A stretch of 64,000 nucleotides of DNA from Candidatus Methylomirabilia bacterium (GTDB lineage Bacteria; Methylomirabilota; Methylomirabilia; Rokubacteriales; CSP1-6): assembly GCA_041496385.1 (NCBI GenBank), contig JBGQEL010000002.1, positions 1-64,000 of the forward strand, in the 5' to 3' direction. A program made the translations under genes and the position numbers. Numbering within the stretch: position 1 is the stretch's first letter; every line of letters starts with the position of its first letter. A model generated the notes under the pieces. It was not told where the DNA came from and did no database searches. It saw only the letters and a list, made by a program, of their open reading frames with translations. Shown piece by piece: positions 1 through 9,076 of the stretch.

Positions 1-5
1 GATAC

Positions 6-986
6 ATGACCAAGCTCAACATGGTGAAGGCGCTGAACCAGGCGCTCCTCGAGGAGATGGAGCGCGACCCGGACGTCCTGATCCTGGGCGAGGACGTCGG
101 CGTGGACGGCGGGGTCTTCCGTGTCACCGACGACCTCCAGCGCAAGTTCGGCTCGCAGCGCGTGATCGACAGCCCGCTCGCGGAGGCGGCGATCATCGGC
201 ACGGCGGTGGGCATGGCGCTCTACGGCCTGAAGCCCGTCTGCGAGATCCAGTTCTCGGGGTTCGCCTTCCAGTGCTTCCACCAGATCGAGAACCACGCCG
301 CGCGCTACCGCAACCGCTCGCAGGGCCGCTTCCACTGCCAGATGGTGATCCGGATGCCGTACGGCGGCGGCGTCCGGGCGCTCGAGCACCATACGGAGTC
401 GGAGGAGCAGTTCTACGCGCAGATCCCTGGGCTGAAGATGGTGATCCCGTCCGGTCCGCGCAACGCGCGCGCCCTCCTGGCGAGCGCGATCCGCGACCCG
501 GACCCCGTCGTCTTCTTCGAGTCCAAGGCGCTCTACCACGCGGCGAAGGAGGAGGTCCCCGACGAGAGCGAGACCTTCCCGATCGGGAAGGCCCAGGTCG
601 TGCGCGAGGGTCAGTACCTCACGCTCATCGCCTACGGCGCCATGCTCCGCGTCGCGCGCGAGGCCGCCGACGTGCTCCAGGCCGAAGACGGCGCGATGGC
701 CGAGGTGATCGATCTCCTGACCATCTCGCCCCTCGACCGCGAGACGCTCGTGGCCTCGGTCACGAAGACGGGGCGGGCCGTGGTCGTCCACGAGGCGCCG
801 CGGAGCTTCGGGCCCGGCGCCGAGATCGCCGCGTCGATCATGGAGGGCGCGTTCCTCCGGCTCGAGGCGCCCGTGCGCCGCGTCACCGCGCACGACGTTT
901 CCTTCGTCGGCTTCGCGCGGGAGAAGGCCCAGGTCCCGGACGTCGCGCGCGTCGTCGGCGCCGCGCGCGCGACGCTCGCGTTCTAG
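6..986 (+). CDS. pdhB: 2-oxoacid (pyruvate or branched-chain) dehydrogenase E1 beta subunit
   Basis: GEDVG, 'DSPLAEAAIIG' and 'CEIQFSGF' motifs; followed by E2 and E3. Substrate specificity not resolvable. Confidence 0.9.
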   Translation: MTKLNMVKALNQALLEEMERDPDVLILGEDVGVDGGVFRVTDDLQRKFGSQRVIDSPLAEAAIIGTAVGMALYGLKPVCEIQFSGFAFQCFHQIENHAARYRNRSQGRFHCQMVIRMPYGGGVRALEHHTESEEQFYAQIPGLKMVIPSGPRNARALLASAIRDPDPVVFFESKALYHAAKEEVPDESETFPIGKAQVVREGQYLTLIAYGAMLRVAREAADVLQAEDGAMAEVIDLLTISPLDRETLVASVTKTGRAVVVHEAPRSFGPGAEIAASIMEGAFLRLEAPVRRVTAHDVSFVGFAREKAQVPDVARVVGAARATLAF

Positions 987-988
987 GC

Positions 989-2344
989 ATGGCCCGTCCC
1001 TTCGCGCTCCCCGACCTCGGCGAGGGTCTGACCGAGGCCGAGATCGTCAAGGTGCTCGTGCGCGAGGGTGACGTGATCGCCGAAGACGCGCCGCTGCTGG
1101 AGGTCGAGACCGACAAGGCCACCGTGGAGATCCCCTCGCCGTTCGGCGGCCGCGTCGCGAGGATCCACGTGCAGCCGGGGCAGACGGTCAAGGTCGGCGA
1201 CGTGCTGGTGACATTCGACGAGGTCTCGAGCCCGGGCCACGGGGGCAGGGAGGGAGGCCCTACGCTCGGAACGACACTCGCTCGGGCCCCCCTCCCTGCC
1301 CCCGCGGCCCGGGGCGCGGCGGCCCCGGCGACGTCGCCGGCCCCCGCCCCCCGGGCGGCCGTTTCGTCGACGTCGCCGGCCGCCGCGGCGGGCGGAGGGC
1401 CGGTGGCGGCGGCGCCGGCGACGCGGCGGCTGGCGCGGGAGCTCGGCGTGGACCTGCACGCGGTCCGCGGGTCGGGGCCGGGCGGGCGCGTCACCGACGA
1501 CGACGTGCGCGCGGCCGGGGGCGGCGCACACGCCCCGGCGGCGCCCACGGCGGAGCGCGCGGCGCCGGACCGCACGGCGGTCGCCAGGCCGCTCGCGCCC
1601 GTCGGCGTCGAGCCTCCCGCCCTGCCGAACTTCGAGCGGTACGGGCCCGTCGAGCGCCAGCCGCTCTCGCACCTGCGCCGGACGATCGCCGAGCGGATGA
1701 CGCTCTCGGCGACGCTCATCCCGCACGTGACCCACTTCGACCGCGCCGACGTCACCGACCTCGACGCGATCATCAAGCGAAACGTGGAGCCGGCGCGACA
1801 GCGCGGCGTGACCCTGACGCTGACGGGCTTTCTCCTGAAAGCCGCGGCCCTGGCCCTCGGGGAGCATCCGCAGTTCAACGCGAGCCTCGATCCCGCGGCG
1901 GGCGAGCTGATCGTCAAGCGCTACTGCCATCTCGGTATCGCCGTCGCCACCGACCGCGGCCTCATCGTCCCCGTGCTCCGCGACGTGGACCGGAAGCCCC
2001 TCCTCGAGATCCAGCGCGAGCTGGCCGCACTCGCGCAGCGCGTCCGCGACGGCAAGGCGACGCTCGACGATCTCCGCGGAGGGACCTTCACCCTCACGAA
2101 CATCGGCGCGCTCGGCGGGACGGGCGCGATCCCGATCATCAACTACCCCGAGGTCGCGATCCTCGCCGTCGCCCGCGCGCGGGAAGAGCCCGTGGTGCGC
2201 GAGGGCCGGATCGTCCCGCGCGTCCTCCTGCCGATCACGCTCACGTTCGACCACCGCGTGGCCGACGGCGCCGACGGCGCGCGCTTCGCCGCCGCGATCG
2301 TGGGGCGGCTGGAGCGGCCCGAGCAGCTCCTCCTCGAATGGTGA
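989..2344 (+). CDS. pdhC: dihydrolipoamide acyltransferase E2
   Basis: Lipoyl domain (ETDKA), E3-binding domain (GSGPGGRV), catalytic DHRVADG; ATG at 989 just after the E1 stop. Confidence 0.93.
   Translation: MARPFALPDLGEGLTEAEIVKVLVREGDVIAEDAPLLEVETDKATVEIPSPFGGRVARIHVQPGQTVKVGDVLVTFDEVSSPGHGGREGGPTLGTTLARAPLPAPAARGAAAPATSPAPAPRAAVSSTSPAAAAGGGPVAAAPATRRLARELGVDLHAVRGSGPGGRVTDDDVRAAGGGAHAPAAPTAERAAPDRTAVARPLAPVGVEPPALPNFERYGPVERQPLSHLRRTIAERMTLSATLIPHVTHFDRADVTDLDAIIKRNVEPARQRGVTLTLTGFLLKAAALALGEHPQFNASLDPAAGELIVKRYCHLGIAVATDRGLIVPVLRDVDRKPLLEIQRELAALAQRVRDGKATLDDLRGGTFTLTNIGALGGTGAIPIINYPEVAILAVARAREEPVVREGRIVPRVLLPITLTFDHRVADGADGARFAAAIVGRLERPEQLLLEW
1231..1313. repeat. in-frame palindromic element, copy 1 (30-bp arms, 23-nt loop)
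   Basis: Arms 1231-1260 and 1284-1313 pair at 28/30; loop contains GCTCGGAACGACACTCGC (1264-1281). Confidence 0.85.
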
Positions 2345-3681
2345 TGGGCGACCTCGTGACCGAGGTGGACGTCGCCGTGGTCGGCGGCGGCCCCGGCGGC
2401 TACACCGCCGCCTTCCGCTGCGCCGAGCTGGGTCTCGAGACCGTCGTCGTGGACGAGGCCGCGCGCCTCGGCGGCGCCTGTCTCTTCGAGGGCTGCATTC
2501 CCTCGAAGGCGCTGCTCCACGTCGCCGCGGTCATCGGCGAGGCCGCGCGCGCCCGCGAGTTCGGCGTGGACTTCGGCGAGCCGCACGTCGCGCTCGACCC
2601 GCTCAGGAAGTGGAAGAGCGAGCGTGTGGTCGGCAGGCTGGCGCGCGGCCTGGCCGCCGTCGCGAAGGGCAAGGCCGTGGAGGTCGTCGGCGGCCGCGCG
2701 GTCTTCGAGGACTCGCGCTCGCTCCGCGTCGAGGGCAACGCGCCCCAGAAGATCCGCTTCACGCACGCGGTCGTCGCCACGGGCTCGCGGCCGGCCGCCC
2801 TGCCCGGCATCGAGGGCGAGCGGGTCATGGACTCGACGGCGGCGCTCGAGCTGGCGGAGATCCCCCCGCGGCTGCTGGTGGTCGGCGGCGGCTACATCGG
2901 CCTCGAGCTAGGCCAGGTGTACGCGGCGCTCGGCAGCCGGGTGACGCTCGTCGAGATGACGGACGGCCTCCTGCCGGGCGTGGACCGCGACCTCGTCCAG
3001 CCGCTCGCCCGCCGGTGCGAGAAGCTCTTCGCCGAGATCCGTCTGAGCACCCGGGTCACACCCGCCGACGCCGCGGCGTTCGACCGCGTCCTCGTGGCGG
3101 TCGGCCGCCGGCCGGCGAGTGCCGGGCTCGGCCTCGAGACGACGCGCGCGCGTCCGGACGCGCGCGGCTTCCTTCCCGTCGACGCGCAGTGCCGCACCGC
3201 GGACCCGCACATCCTCGCCGTCGGCGACGTGACCGGCGAGCCCATGCTCGCCCACCGCGCGATGCGCCAGGGCGTGGTCGCGGCGGAGGCGCTCGCCGGC
3301 CGGCCCGCGGCGTTCGACAACGTCGCCGTGCCCGCCGTGGTCTTCACCGACCCGGAGATCGCCTGGTGCGGTCTCACCGAGACGCAGGCGCAGCGGGAGG
3401 GACGCGCGGTGACGGTGGCGAAGTTCTCGTGGGCGGCCTCGGGGCGCGCGGCGACGCTCGGCCGCCCGGACGGGCTCACCAAGCTCCTGGCCGACCCTGA
3501 GACCGGGCGGGTGCTCGGCGTGGGCGTCGTCGGCCCCGGCGCCGGCGAGCTCATCGCCGAGGGCACGCTCGCCGTCGAGTGCGCGCTGACGGTCGAGGAC
3601 CTGGCGGCGACGATCCACACGCATCCCACGCTCGGGGAAACGCTCATGGAGGCGGCCGAGACGCTCCTGCGCCAGCGCTGA
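2344..3681 (+). CDS. lpdA: dihydrolipoamide dehydrogenase E3
   Basis: GGGPGG, redox CLFEGCIPSK, GGGYIG, HTHPTLGE; TGATG overlap with E2. Confidence 0.93.
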   Translation: MGDLVTEVDVAVVGGGPGGYTAAFRCAELGLETVVVDEAARLGGACLFEGCIPSKALLHVAAVIGEAARAREFGVDFGEPHVALDPLRKWKSERVVGRLARGLAAVAKGKAVEVVGGRAVFEDSRSLRVEGNAPQKIRFTHAVVATGSRPAALPGIEGERVMDSTAALELAEIPPRLLVVGGGYIGLELGQVYAALGSRVTLVEMTDGLLPGVDRDLVQPLARRCEKLFAEIRLSTRVTPADAAAFDRVLVAVGRRPASAGLGLETTRARPDARGFLPVDAQCRTADPHILAVGDVTGEPMLAHRAMRQGVVAAEALAGRPAAFDNVAVPAVVFTDPEIAWCGLTETQAQREGRAVTVAKFSWAASGRAATLGRPDGLTKLLADPETGRVLGVGVVGPGAGELIAEGTLAVECALTVEDLAATIHTHPTLGETLMEAAETLLRQR

Positions 3682-4865
3682 TGCCGCTCCCCGCGGTCCT
3701 CACGCTGGCAACGCTCGCCCACGGCCTCGGCGCCCTCACCGCGCTCGCCGTGGCCCCGCTCTCGCCCTTCCTCCTCGAATCGTTCCGGCTCTCCCGCGCC
3801 GAGGTCGGGCTGTTCCTGCCGGCCCTCTACCTCGGCGGCGTCCTCATGTCGCTGCCCGCCGGGTGGCTCACGGACCGGTTCGGCGTGCGCGCCACGCTCG
3901 GCCTCGGCCAGACGCTCACGGGCGCGATGGTGATCCTCGCCGCGCTGAGCCCCACCTTCCCGGCGATGCTCGCCTGTCTCGTGGCCGGCGGCTTCGGCTT
4001 CAGCGTCCTGAACCCCGCAACGGGCCGCGCGATCGTCGAGTGGGTCCCGCCGCGCCGCCGCGGCATGGCGATGGGGATCAAGCAGACGGGGCTCACGCTC
4101 GGGATCCTGGTGGCCTCGCTGGCGCTCCCGCCGCTCGCGGCCGCCGCCGGCTGGCGACGCGCGCTCACCGCCGCCGGCGCCGCGTCGCTCGCGTCGGGCG
4201 CGCTCGTTCTCGTGGCGTACCGCTCGCCCCTTCACCCCGCGGCCGCGCCCGCGGCGCGGCCGCGTCTGGCCGAGCTGGCGATCTTCCTCGAGCGGCGCGA
4301 GGTGCTCGTCGTCTTCGCGTGCGGGCTCCTGCTCTCGATCGCGCAGTCGTCGGTGCTCGCCTATCTCACCCTCTTCGCCAAGGAGACCTTCGCCGTGTCC
4401 GCCGTCGCGGCGGGCCGGCTGCTGGCGCTCGCCCAGGTCGGCGGCACGGCCGGCCGCATCGCGTGGGGCCTGATCAGCGACGGCTCGTTCGGCGGCCGGC
4501 GCCGGCCGGGGATCGTCGGGAGCGCGCTCATCGGCGCCGGCGCCTACGGGCTCTTCGCCCTCGGCGGCGCGCTGCCCCTGCCGATCGCCACGCTGCTCGC
4601 GCTGGTCGCGGGCGTGGGGGCCTTCGGCTGGGTCGGCCTCTACTTCGCGCTCGTCGCGGAGATCGGCGGGTCGCGGCACGCCGGGCTCCTCACCGGCGTG
4701 GCGACCGGGTTCGCCTGGAGCGGCACGCTGATCGGCCCGCTCGGCTTCGGCCTCGTGCTCCAGGCGACCGGAGGCTACACGGTCCCGTGGCTCCTCCTGG
4801 CGGCGATCGCCCTGGCCGTGGCGGCCGTGCTCCCGCGTCTGCGGCCCCTGGTGGATCGCGGATGA
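3681..4865 (+). CDS. MFS transporter
   Basis: About 12 hydrophobic segments, motif A 'GWLTDRFGVR'; TGATG overlap with E3. Confidence 0.85.
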   Translation: MPLPAVLTLATLAHGLGALTALAVAPLSPFLLESFRLSRAEVGLFLPALYLGGVLMSLPAGWLTDRFGVRATLGLGQTLTGAMVILAALSPTFPAMLACLVAGGFGFSVLNPATGRAIVEWVPPRRRGMAMGIKQTGLTLGILVASLALPPLAAAAGWRRALTAAGAASLASGALVLVAYRSPLHPAAAPAARPRLAELAIFLERREVLVVFACGLLLSIAQSSVLAYLTLFAKETFAVSAVAAGRLLALAQVGGTAGRIAWGLISDGSFGGRRRPGIVGSALIGAGAYGLFALGGALPLPIATLLALVAGVGAFGWVGLYFALVAEIGGSRHAGLLTGVATGFAWSGTLIGPLGFGLVLQATGGYTVPWLLLAAIALAVAAVLPRLRPLVDRG

Positions 4866-6424
4866 CGGGGTCGAACCCCCGCCGGATTCCGGACTGGGCC
4901 GCCGCCCTGTTCATCGTGGTGGTCACCGCCGTCTGCTTCCTCCCGGCGCTCGGCAACGGCTGGGTCGCCTGGGACGACGAGGGGAACTTCCTCGACAATC
5001 CCCACTACCGCGGCCTCGGCCCGGCGCGGCTCGCCTGGATGTTCACCGATCTCCACGCGCACTACATGCCGCTCACGTGGCTCACGCTCGGGCTCGACTA
5101 CGTCCTCTGGGGCATGAACCCGGCGGGCTACCACCTGACGAGCGTGCTGTGGCATGCGACGAACGCCGTGCTGTTTTTCGGCGTCGCGCGCGCGTTGCTC
5201 GGCGCGGCCCTGCCCGCCGCGCCCGGCGCCGCGCTCCGCGCGGGCGCCCTGGTCGCCGCGCTGCTCTTCGCCGTCCATCCGCTGCGCGTCGAGTCGGTCG
5301 CGTGGGCGACCGAGCGGCGCGACGTTCTCTGCGGGTTCTTCTACCTGCTGACGATCCTCGCCTACCTCCGCTACTGCGCGACGGGCGCGCGGCGCGCGTA
5401 CGGCGCCGCGCTCGGCCTGTTCGCCGCGGCGCTCCTCTCCAAGTCCATGGCCGTCACGCTGCCGGTGGTCCTGCTCCTCCTCGACGCCTGGCCGCTCCGG
5501 CGCCGCGCGTGGCGCGAGAAGATTCCCTTCTTCGTCCTGAGCCTGGCCGCCGGGGTGCTCGCGCTCGTCGCCCAGCGGCAGGCGGACGCGCTGAGCGCCG
5601 TGACGCTCCTCGGCCCGCTCGAGCGCCTGGCGGTCGCCCTCCACGCGCTCGCCTTCTATCTCTGGAAGACGCTCGTGCCCCTCCAGCTCTCGCCGATCTA
5701 CGAGCTGCCCGCGCGCGTCGCGCCGTTCAGCGCGCCGTACCTGCGCGGCGCCCTCGTCGTCCTGGCACTCAGCGCCGTCGCGCTCGTGATGCGCCGCCGC
5801 TGGCCGGCCCTCGCGGTCGCCTGGGCGGCCTACGTCGTGACGCTCCTGCCCATGGCCGGCCTCGTCCACGTCGGTCCCCAGCTCGCGGCCGACCGCTACA
5901 CCTACCTCCCGGGGCTCGCCGTGGCGCTGCTCGCGGGTGGTGCGTTCGTGCAGGCCGGGCGCGCGCTGGACGGGCGCCGCGTCATCGGCGCGCTGCCCGT
6001 CGCCGGTGCCGGAGTGGTGGTGACCCTGCTCGCCCTGCTCACGCTCAACCAGGTGCAGGTCTGGCGCGACGGGGAAACGCTCTGGACCCACGCGCTCTCG
6101 GTCGGCCCCTCCGCGATCGCCCACGCCAAGCTCGGCGTCGTCCGCGACGAGCAGGGCCGGCGCGATGAGGCGATCGCGCATTACCGGGCGGCGCTCGCCA
6201 TTCACCCGAACATGCCGGATGCGTACAATGACTGGGGAATCGCGCTCGCCCGCCAGGAACGGTGGGAGGAGGCGGTCGAACGGTACCGGAAGGCGCTGGA
6301 GCTGGAGCCGCGCTCGCGTGAGGCTCACGCGAACCTCGCGGCGGCGCTCGAGCGGCTGGGCCGGGCCGACGAGGCGGCCGAGCACGCGCGGGCCGCCCGG
6401 CACATCGAGTCGGGAGGACGATGA
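4862..6424 (+). CDS. TMTC-like GT-C membrane glycosyltransferase with C-terminal TPRs
   Basis: WDD loop, YMPLTW, HPLRVESVAW and ADRYTYLP motifs; TPR repeats at the C-terminus. Confidence 0.8.
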   Translation: MTGSNPRRIPDWAAALFIVVVTAVCFLPALGNGWVAWDDEGNFLDNPHYRGLGPARLAWMFTDLHAHYMPLTWLTLGLDYVLWGMNPAGYHLTSVLWHATNAVLFFGVARALLGAALPAAPGAALRAGALVAALLFAVHPLRVESVAWATERRDVLCGFFYLLTILAYLRYCATGARRAYGAALGLFAAALLSKSMAVTLPVVLLLLDAWPLRRRAWREKIPFFVLSLAAGVLALVAQRQADALSAVTLLGPLERLAVALHALAFYLWKTLVPLQLSPIYELPARVAPFSAPYLRGALVVLALSAVALVMRRRWPALAVAWAAYVVTLLPMAGLVHVGPQLAADRYTYLPGLAVALLAGGAFVQAGRALDGRRVIGALPVAGAGVVVTLLALLTLNQVQVWRDGETLWTHALSVGPSAIAHAKLGVVRDEQGRRDEAIAHYRAALAIHPNMPDAYNDWGIALARQERWEEAVERYRKALELEPRSREAHANLAAALERLGRADEAAEHARAARHIESGGR

Positions 6425-6425
6425 C

Positions 6426-7046
6426 GTGCCAGTCATTCTCGTGACCGGGTTCGAGCCGTTCGGGGCCTACGCCGTGAACCCGACGGAGGGGCTCGCCAAG
6501 GCGGTCGACGGCCGGCAGCTTGGAACCTGCCGGGTGCGGAGCGCGGTCCTGCCCGTCCACCATGCCGAGGCCGCGGCGCGGGTCGTCGCGCTCGTCGACG
6601 AGACCGAGCCGGTCGCCGTCCTGCACCTCGGGCTCGCGGCCGGCCGGGCACGCCTGGCACTCGAGCGCCTCGCGGTGAACGTGATGGACTACGAGCAGCC
6701 CGACAACGCGGGCGTGAGGATGCAGGGTGAGCCGTGCGTGCCGGGCGGGCCGGCGGCGTACTTCGCGACGCTGCCGCTCCCGGCCATCCTCGCCGCGCTC
6801 ACGACCGAGGGCATTCCCGCGTACCTCTCGAACACCGCGGGGACCTATCTCTGCAACCAGACGCTCTACAGCACGCTCCACGCCGTCCGCGGACTTCCGC
6901 GCGCGCCATCGGTCGGCTTCATCCACGTCCCGCTCCTGCCCGCGATGGTGGCCGCCGGCGGCCTGGAGCAGCCGAGCATGGACTTCCCGCTCATGCTGCG
7001 CGCGGTCGAGGTCACCCTCGGCGTCGTCGCGAGCGCGGCGGCGTAG
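6426..7046 (+). CDS. pcp: pyroglutamyl-peptidase I
   Basis: LVTGFEPF, ERLAVN, AGTYLCN, GFIHVP; GGAGG upstream of a GTG start. Confidence 0.93.
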   Translation: MPVILVTGFEPFGAYAVNPTEGLAKAVDGRQLGTCRVRSAVLPVHHAEAAARVVALVDETEPVAVLHLGLAAGRARLALERLAVNVMDYEQPDNAGVRMQGEPCVPGGPAAYFATLPLPAILAALTTEGIPAYLSNTAGTYLCNQTLYSTLHAVRGLPRAPSVGFIHVPLLPAMVAAGGLEQPSMDFPLMLRAVEVTLGVVASAAA

Positions 7047-7056
7047 GACACCCGCC

Positions 7057-7749
7057 CTGAAGGCGCTCCTGTTCGACCTCGACGACACGCTGCTCGACTA
7101 CTCGGGCGGCGTGGAGAACCACTGGGAGGCGGCGGTGCGCGCCCAGTGCACGCCCGCCATCGACGCGGCGCGGCTCGTGGCGACGGTCGCCGAGACCCGC
7201 CGCTGGTTCTGGGACGACCCCGAGCGTCATCGGCGCGAGCGCGTCGACATGCTCGGCGCCTGGCGGCACATCGTCGACTTCGCCCTCGAGCGGCTGGGCG
7301 TCGCGGCGGACGGGCTGGCGCCGGCGATCGCGCGCGACTTCGCGGCCCGTCGCCGCGAGTCGATGCGCCTGTTCCCGGAGGCGCTCGAGAGCCTCGAGGG
7401 CTTCCGGCGGCGCGGCGTGCCCCTCGGGCTCGTCACCAATGGCGACGCCGCTCAGCAGCGCGACAAGATCGAGCGCCACGGGCTCGCGCGCTTCTTCGAC
7501 GCGATCGTGATCGAGGGCGAGTTCGGCCGCGGCAAGCCGGAGGCGGTCGTCTACCGCCGCGCGCTCGCGCAGCTCGGCGCCGTGCCAGAGACGGCCTGGA
7601 TGGTCGGTGATCACCTGGAGTTCGACGTGGCCGCGCCGCAGCGTCTCGGCCTCACGGGCGTGTGGGTGGACCGGCCCGGGCGCGGACTACCGCCGGGCAG
7701 CCCGGTGCGGCCGCATCGGATCGTCCGCTCGCTACGCGATCTGGGCTAG
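7057..7749 (+). CDS. HAD-family hydrolase
   Basis: FDLDDTL, VTNG, GKP and VGDHLEFD motifs; start uncertain (CTG assumed). Confidence 0.85.
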   Translation: MKALLFDLDDTLLDYSGGVENHWEAAVRAQCTPAIDAARLVATVAETRRWFWDDPERHRRERVDMLGAWRHIVDFALERLGVAADGLAPAIARDFAARRRESMRLFPEALESLEGFRRRGVPLGLVTNGDAAQQRDKIERHGLARFFDAIVIEGEFGRGKPEAVVYRRALAQLGAVPETAWMVGDHLEFDVAAPQRLGLTGVWVDRPGRGLPPGSPVRPHRIVRSLRDLG

Positions 7750-7771
7750 CGCGGACGTCGCGCCGGCGCCC

Positions 7772-8008
7772 TCAGCCTTGCCGGTGGAGAATCTCGCACC
7801 AGCGCCGGTTGTCGTCCCCGCCCGCCTCCGCGCTGCCCGACAGATAGGCCGCCGCGCTCACCACGGCGTCGTCGAGACCGTCACGCATCGGCGAGTGGGA
7901 TTCGCACCAGCGCACGTCGAGGATCTCGCAACTCGGATCGGCTTCGGGCTCACAACCAGGGCAGTAGGGACGGGCAACCGAGGGAGTGTCCGGGATGAAA
8001 TCCGTCAC
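7772..8008 (-). CDS. small hypothetical Cys/His-containing protein
   Basis: 78-aa ORF (GTG start) with CPGC and WCESH; fills an otherwise empty gap. Confidence 0.5.
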   Translation of the reverse strand: MTDFIPDTPSVARPYCPGCEPEADPSCEILDVRWCESHSPMRDGLDDAVVSAAAYLSGSAEAGGDDNRRWCEILHRQG

Positions 8009-8067
8009 CGATCCCTGGCGAGGGCACGCATCGCCATCTCCCTTGAGTCTAGTGTAGCCTTGGCCCC

Positions 8068-9076
8068 ATGCAAAACTTATTGAACCGTCAGGTGCTGTTC
8101 CGGAGCCGCCCGACCGGCGAGCCATAGGTCTCGGACTTCGAGCTCGCCGAGGCGCCGCTGCCCGTCCCGGGAGAGGGCGAGGCCCTCTGCCGCACGATCT
8201 ACCTCTCGCTCGACCCCTACATGCGCGGGCGCATAAACGAGGGCAAGTCGTACCTCGGCGTCCCGAATCCGGCCCTCGGCACCGTGATGGTCGGCGGCAC
8301 CGTCAGTGAGGTAATCGCCTCCAACAACCCGGCGTTCCCGAAGGGGGACTTCGTCCTGGGCTTCAACGGCTGGCAGTCCCACGCCGTCGCCAAGACGGTG
8401 GGCCTCCGGAAACTCGACCCGAAGCTGGCGCCCCTGACGACGGCCCTCGGCGTGCTCGGCATGCCGGGGATGACCGCGTACGTCGGCCTTCTCGACATCG
8501 GACGGCCCAGGGCCGGAGAGACCGTCGTCGTCTCCGCCGCGTCGGGGGCGGTCGGCGCCGTCGTCGGGCAGATCGCGAAGCTCAAGGGCTGTCGCGCCGT
8601 GGGCGTGGCCGGCTCGCCGGAAAAGTGCGCCTGGATCGTGAAGGAGGCGGGCCGAGCCACTCCTGCCGGCGCTCCAGATGGCGTGCCCGAACGGGATCGA
8701 CGTCTACTTCGACAACGTGGGCGGCGACGTCCTCGGCGCGGCGCTCAAGCTCATCAACATGAGCGCGCGTGTTCCCATCTGCGGCCTGATCTCCCAGTAC
8801 AACGCGATCGAGCTGCCGCCCGGCCCGAACCTCGCGCCGGTCCTCGTGAACCGCGCGCTGATCAAGGGCTTCATCATCTCGGACCACATGGACCGGCTCG
8901 CCGACTTCCTGCGCGACATGACGGCGTGGTACCGCGAGGGCAAGCTCCGGTACCGCGAGGACGTCGTGGTGGGGCTCGAGCAGGCGCCGCAGGCGTTCAT
9001 CGGCCTTCTCCGGGGCCGTAACTTCGGCAAGCTCATCGTCAAGGTCGGCGACGACCCGACGCTCAAGTCCTGCTGA
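8068..9076 (+). pseudogene. NADP-dependent oxidoreductase (CurA/PTGR family), disrupted
   Basis: YLSLDPYMRG, GMPGMTAY, SAASGAVG, YFDNVGG, NFGK; in-frame TAG at 8125-8127 and a frameshift near 8650. Confidence 0.85.

Noticed and set aside
3030..3100. E3 seems short around 'TRVTPADAAAFDRV'
   Set aside because: Frame intact and all catalytic motifs present; natural compaction cannot be told from deletion without an alignment.
8125..8127. Pyrrolysine or amber readthrough in the curA-like gene
   Set aside because: The same gene also has a frameshift, so decay or error is simpler; no pyl genes are visible.
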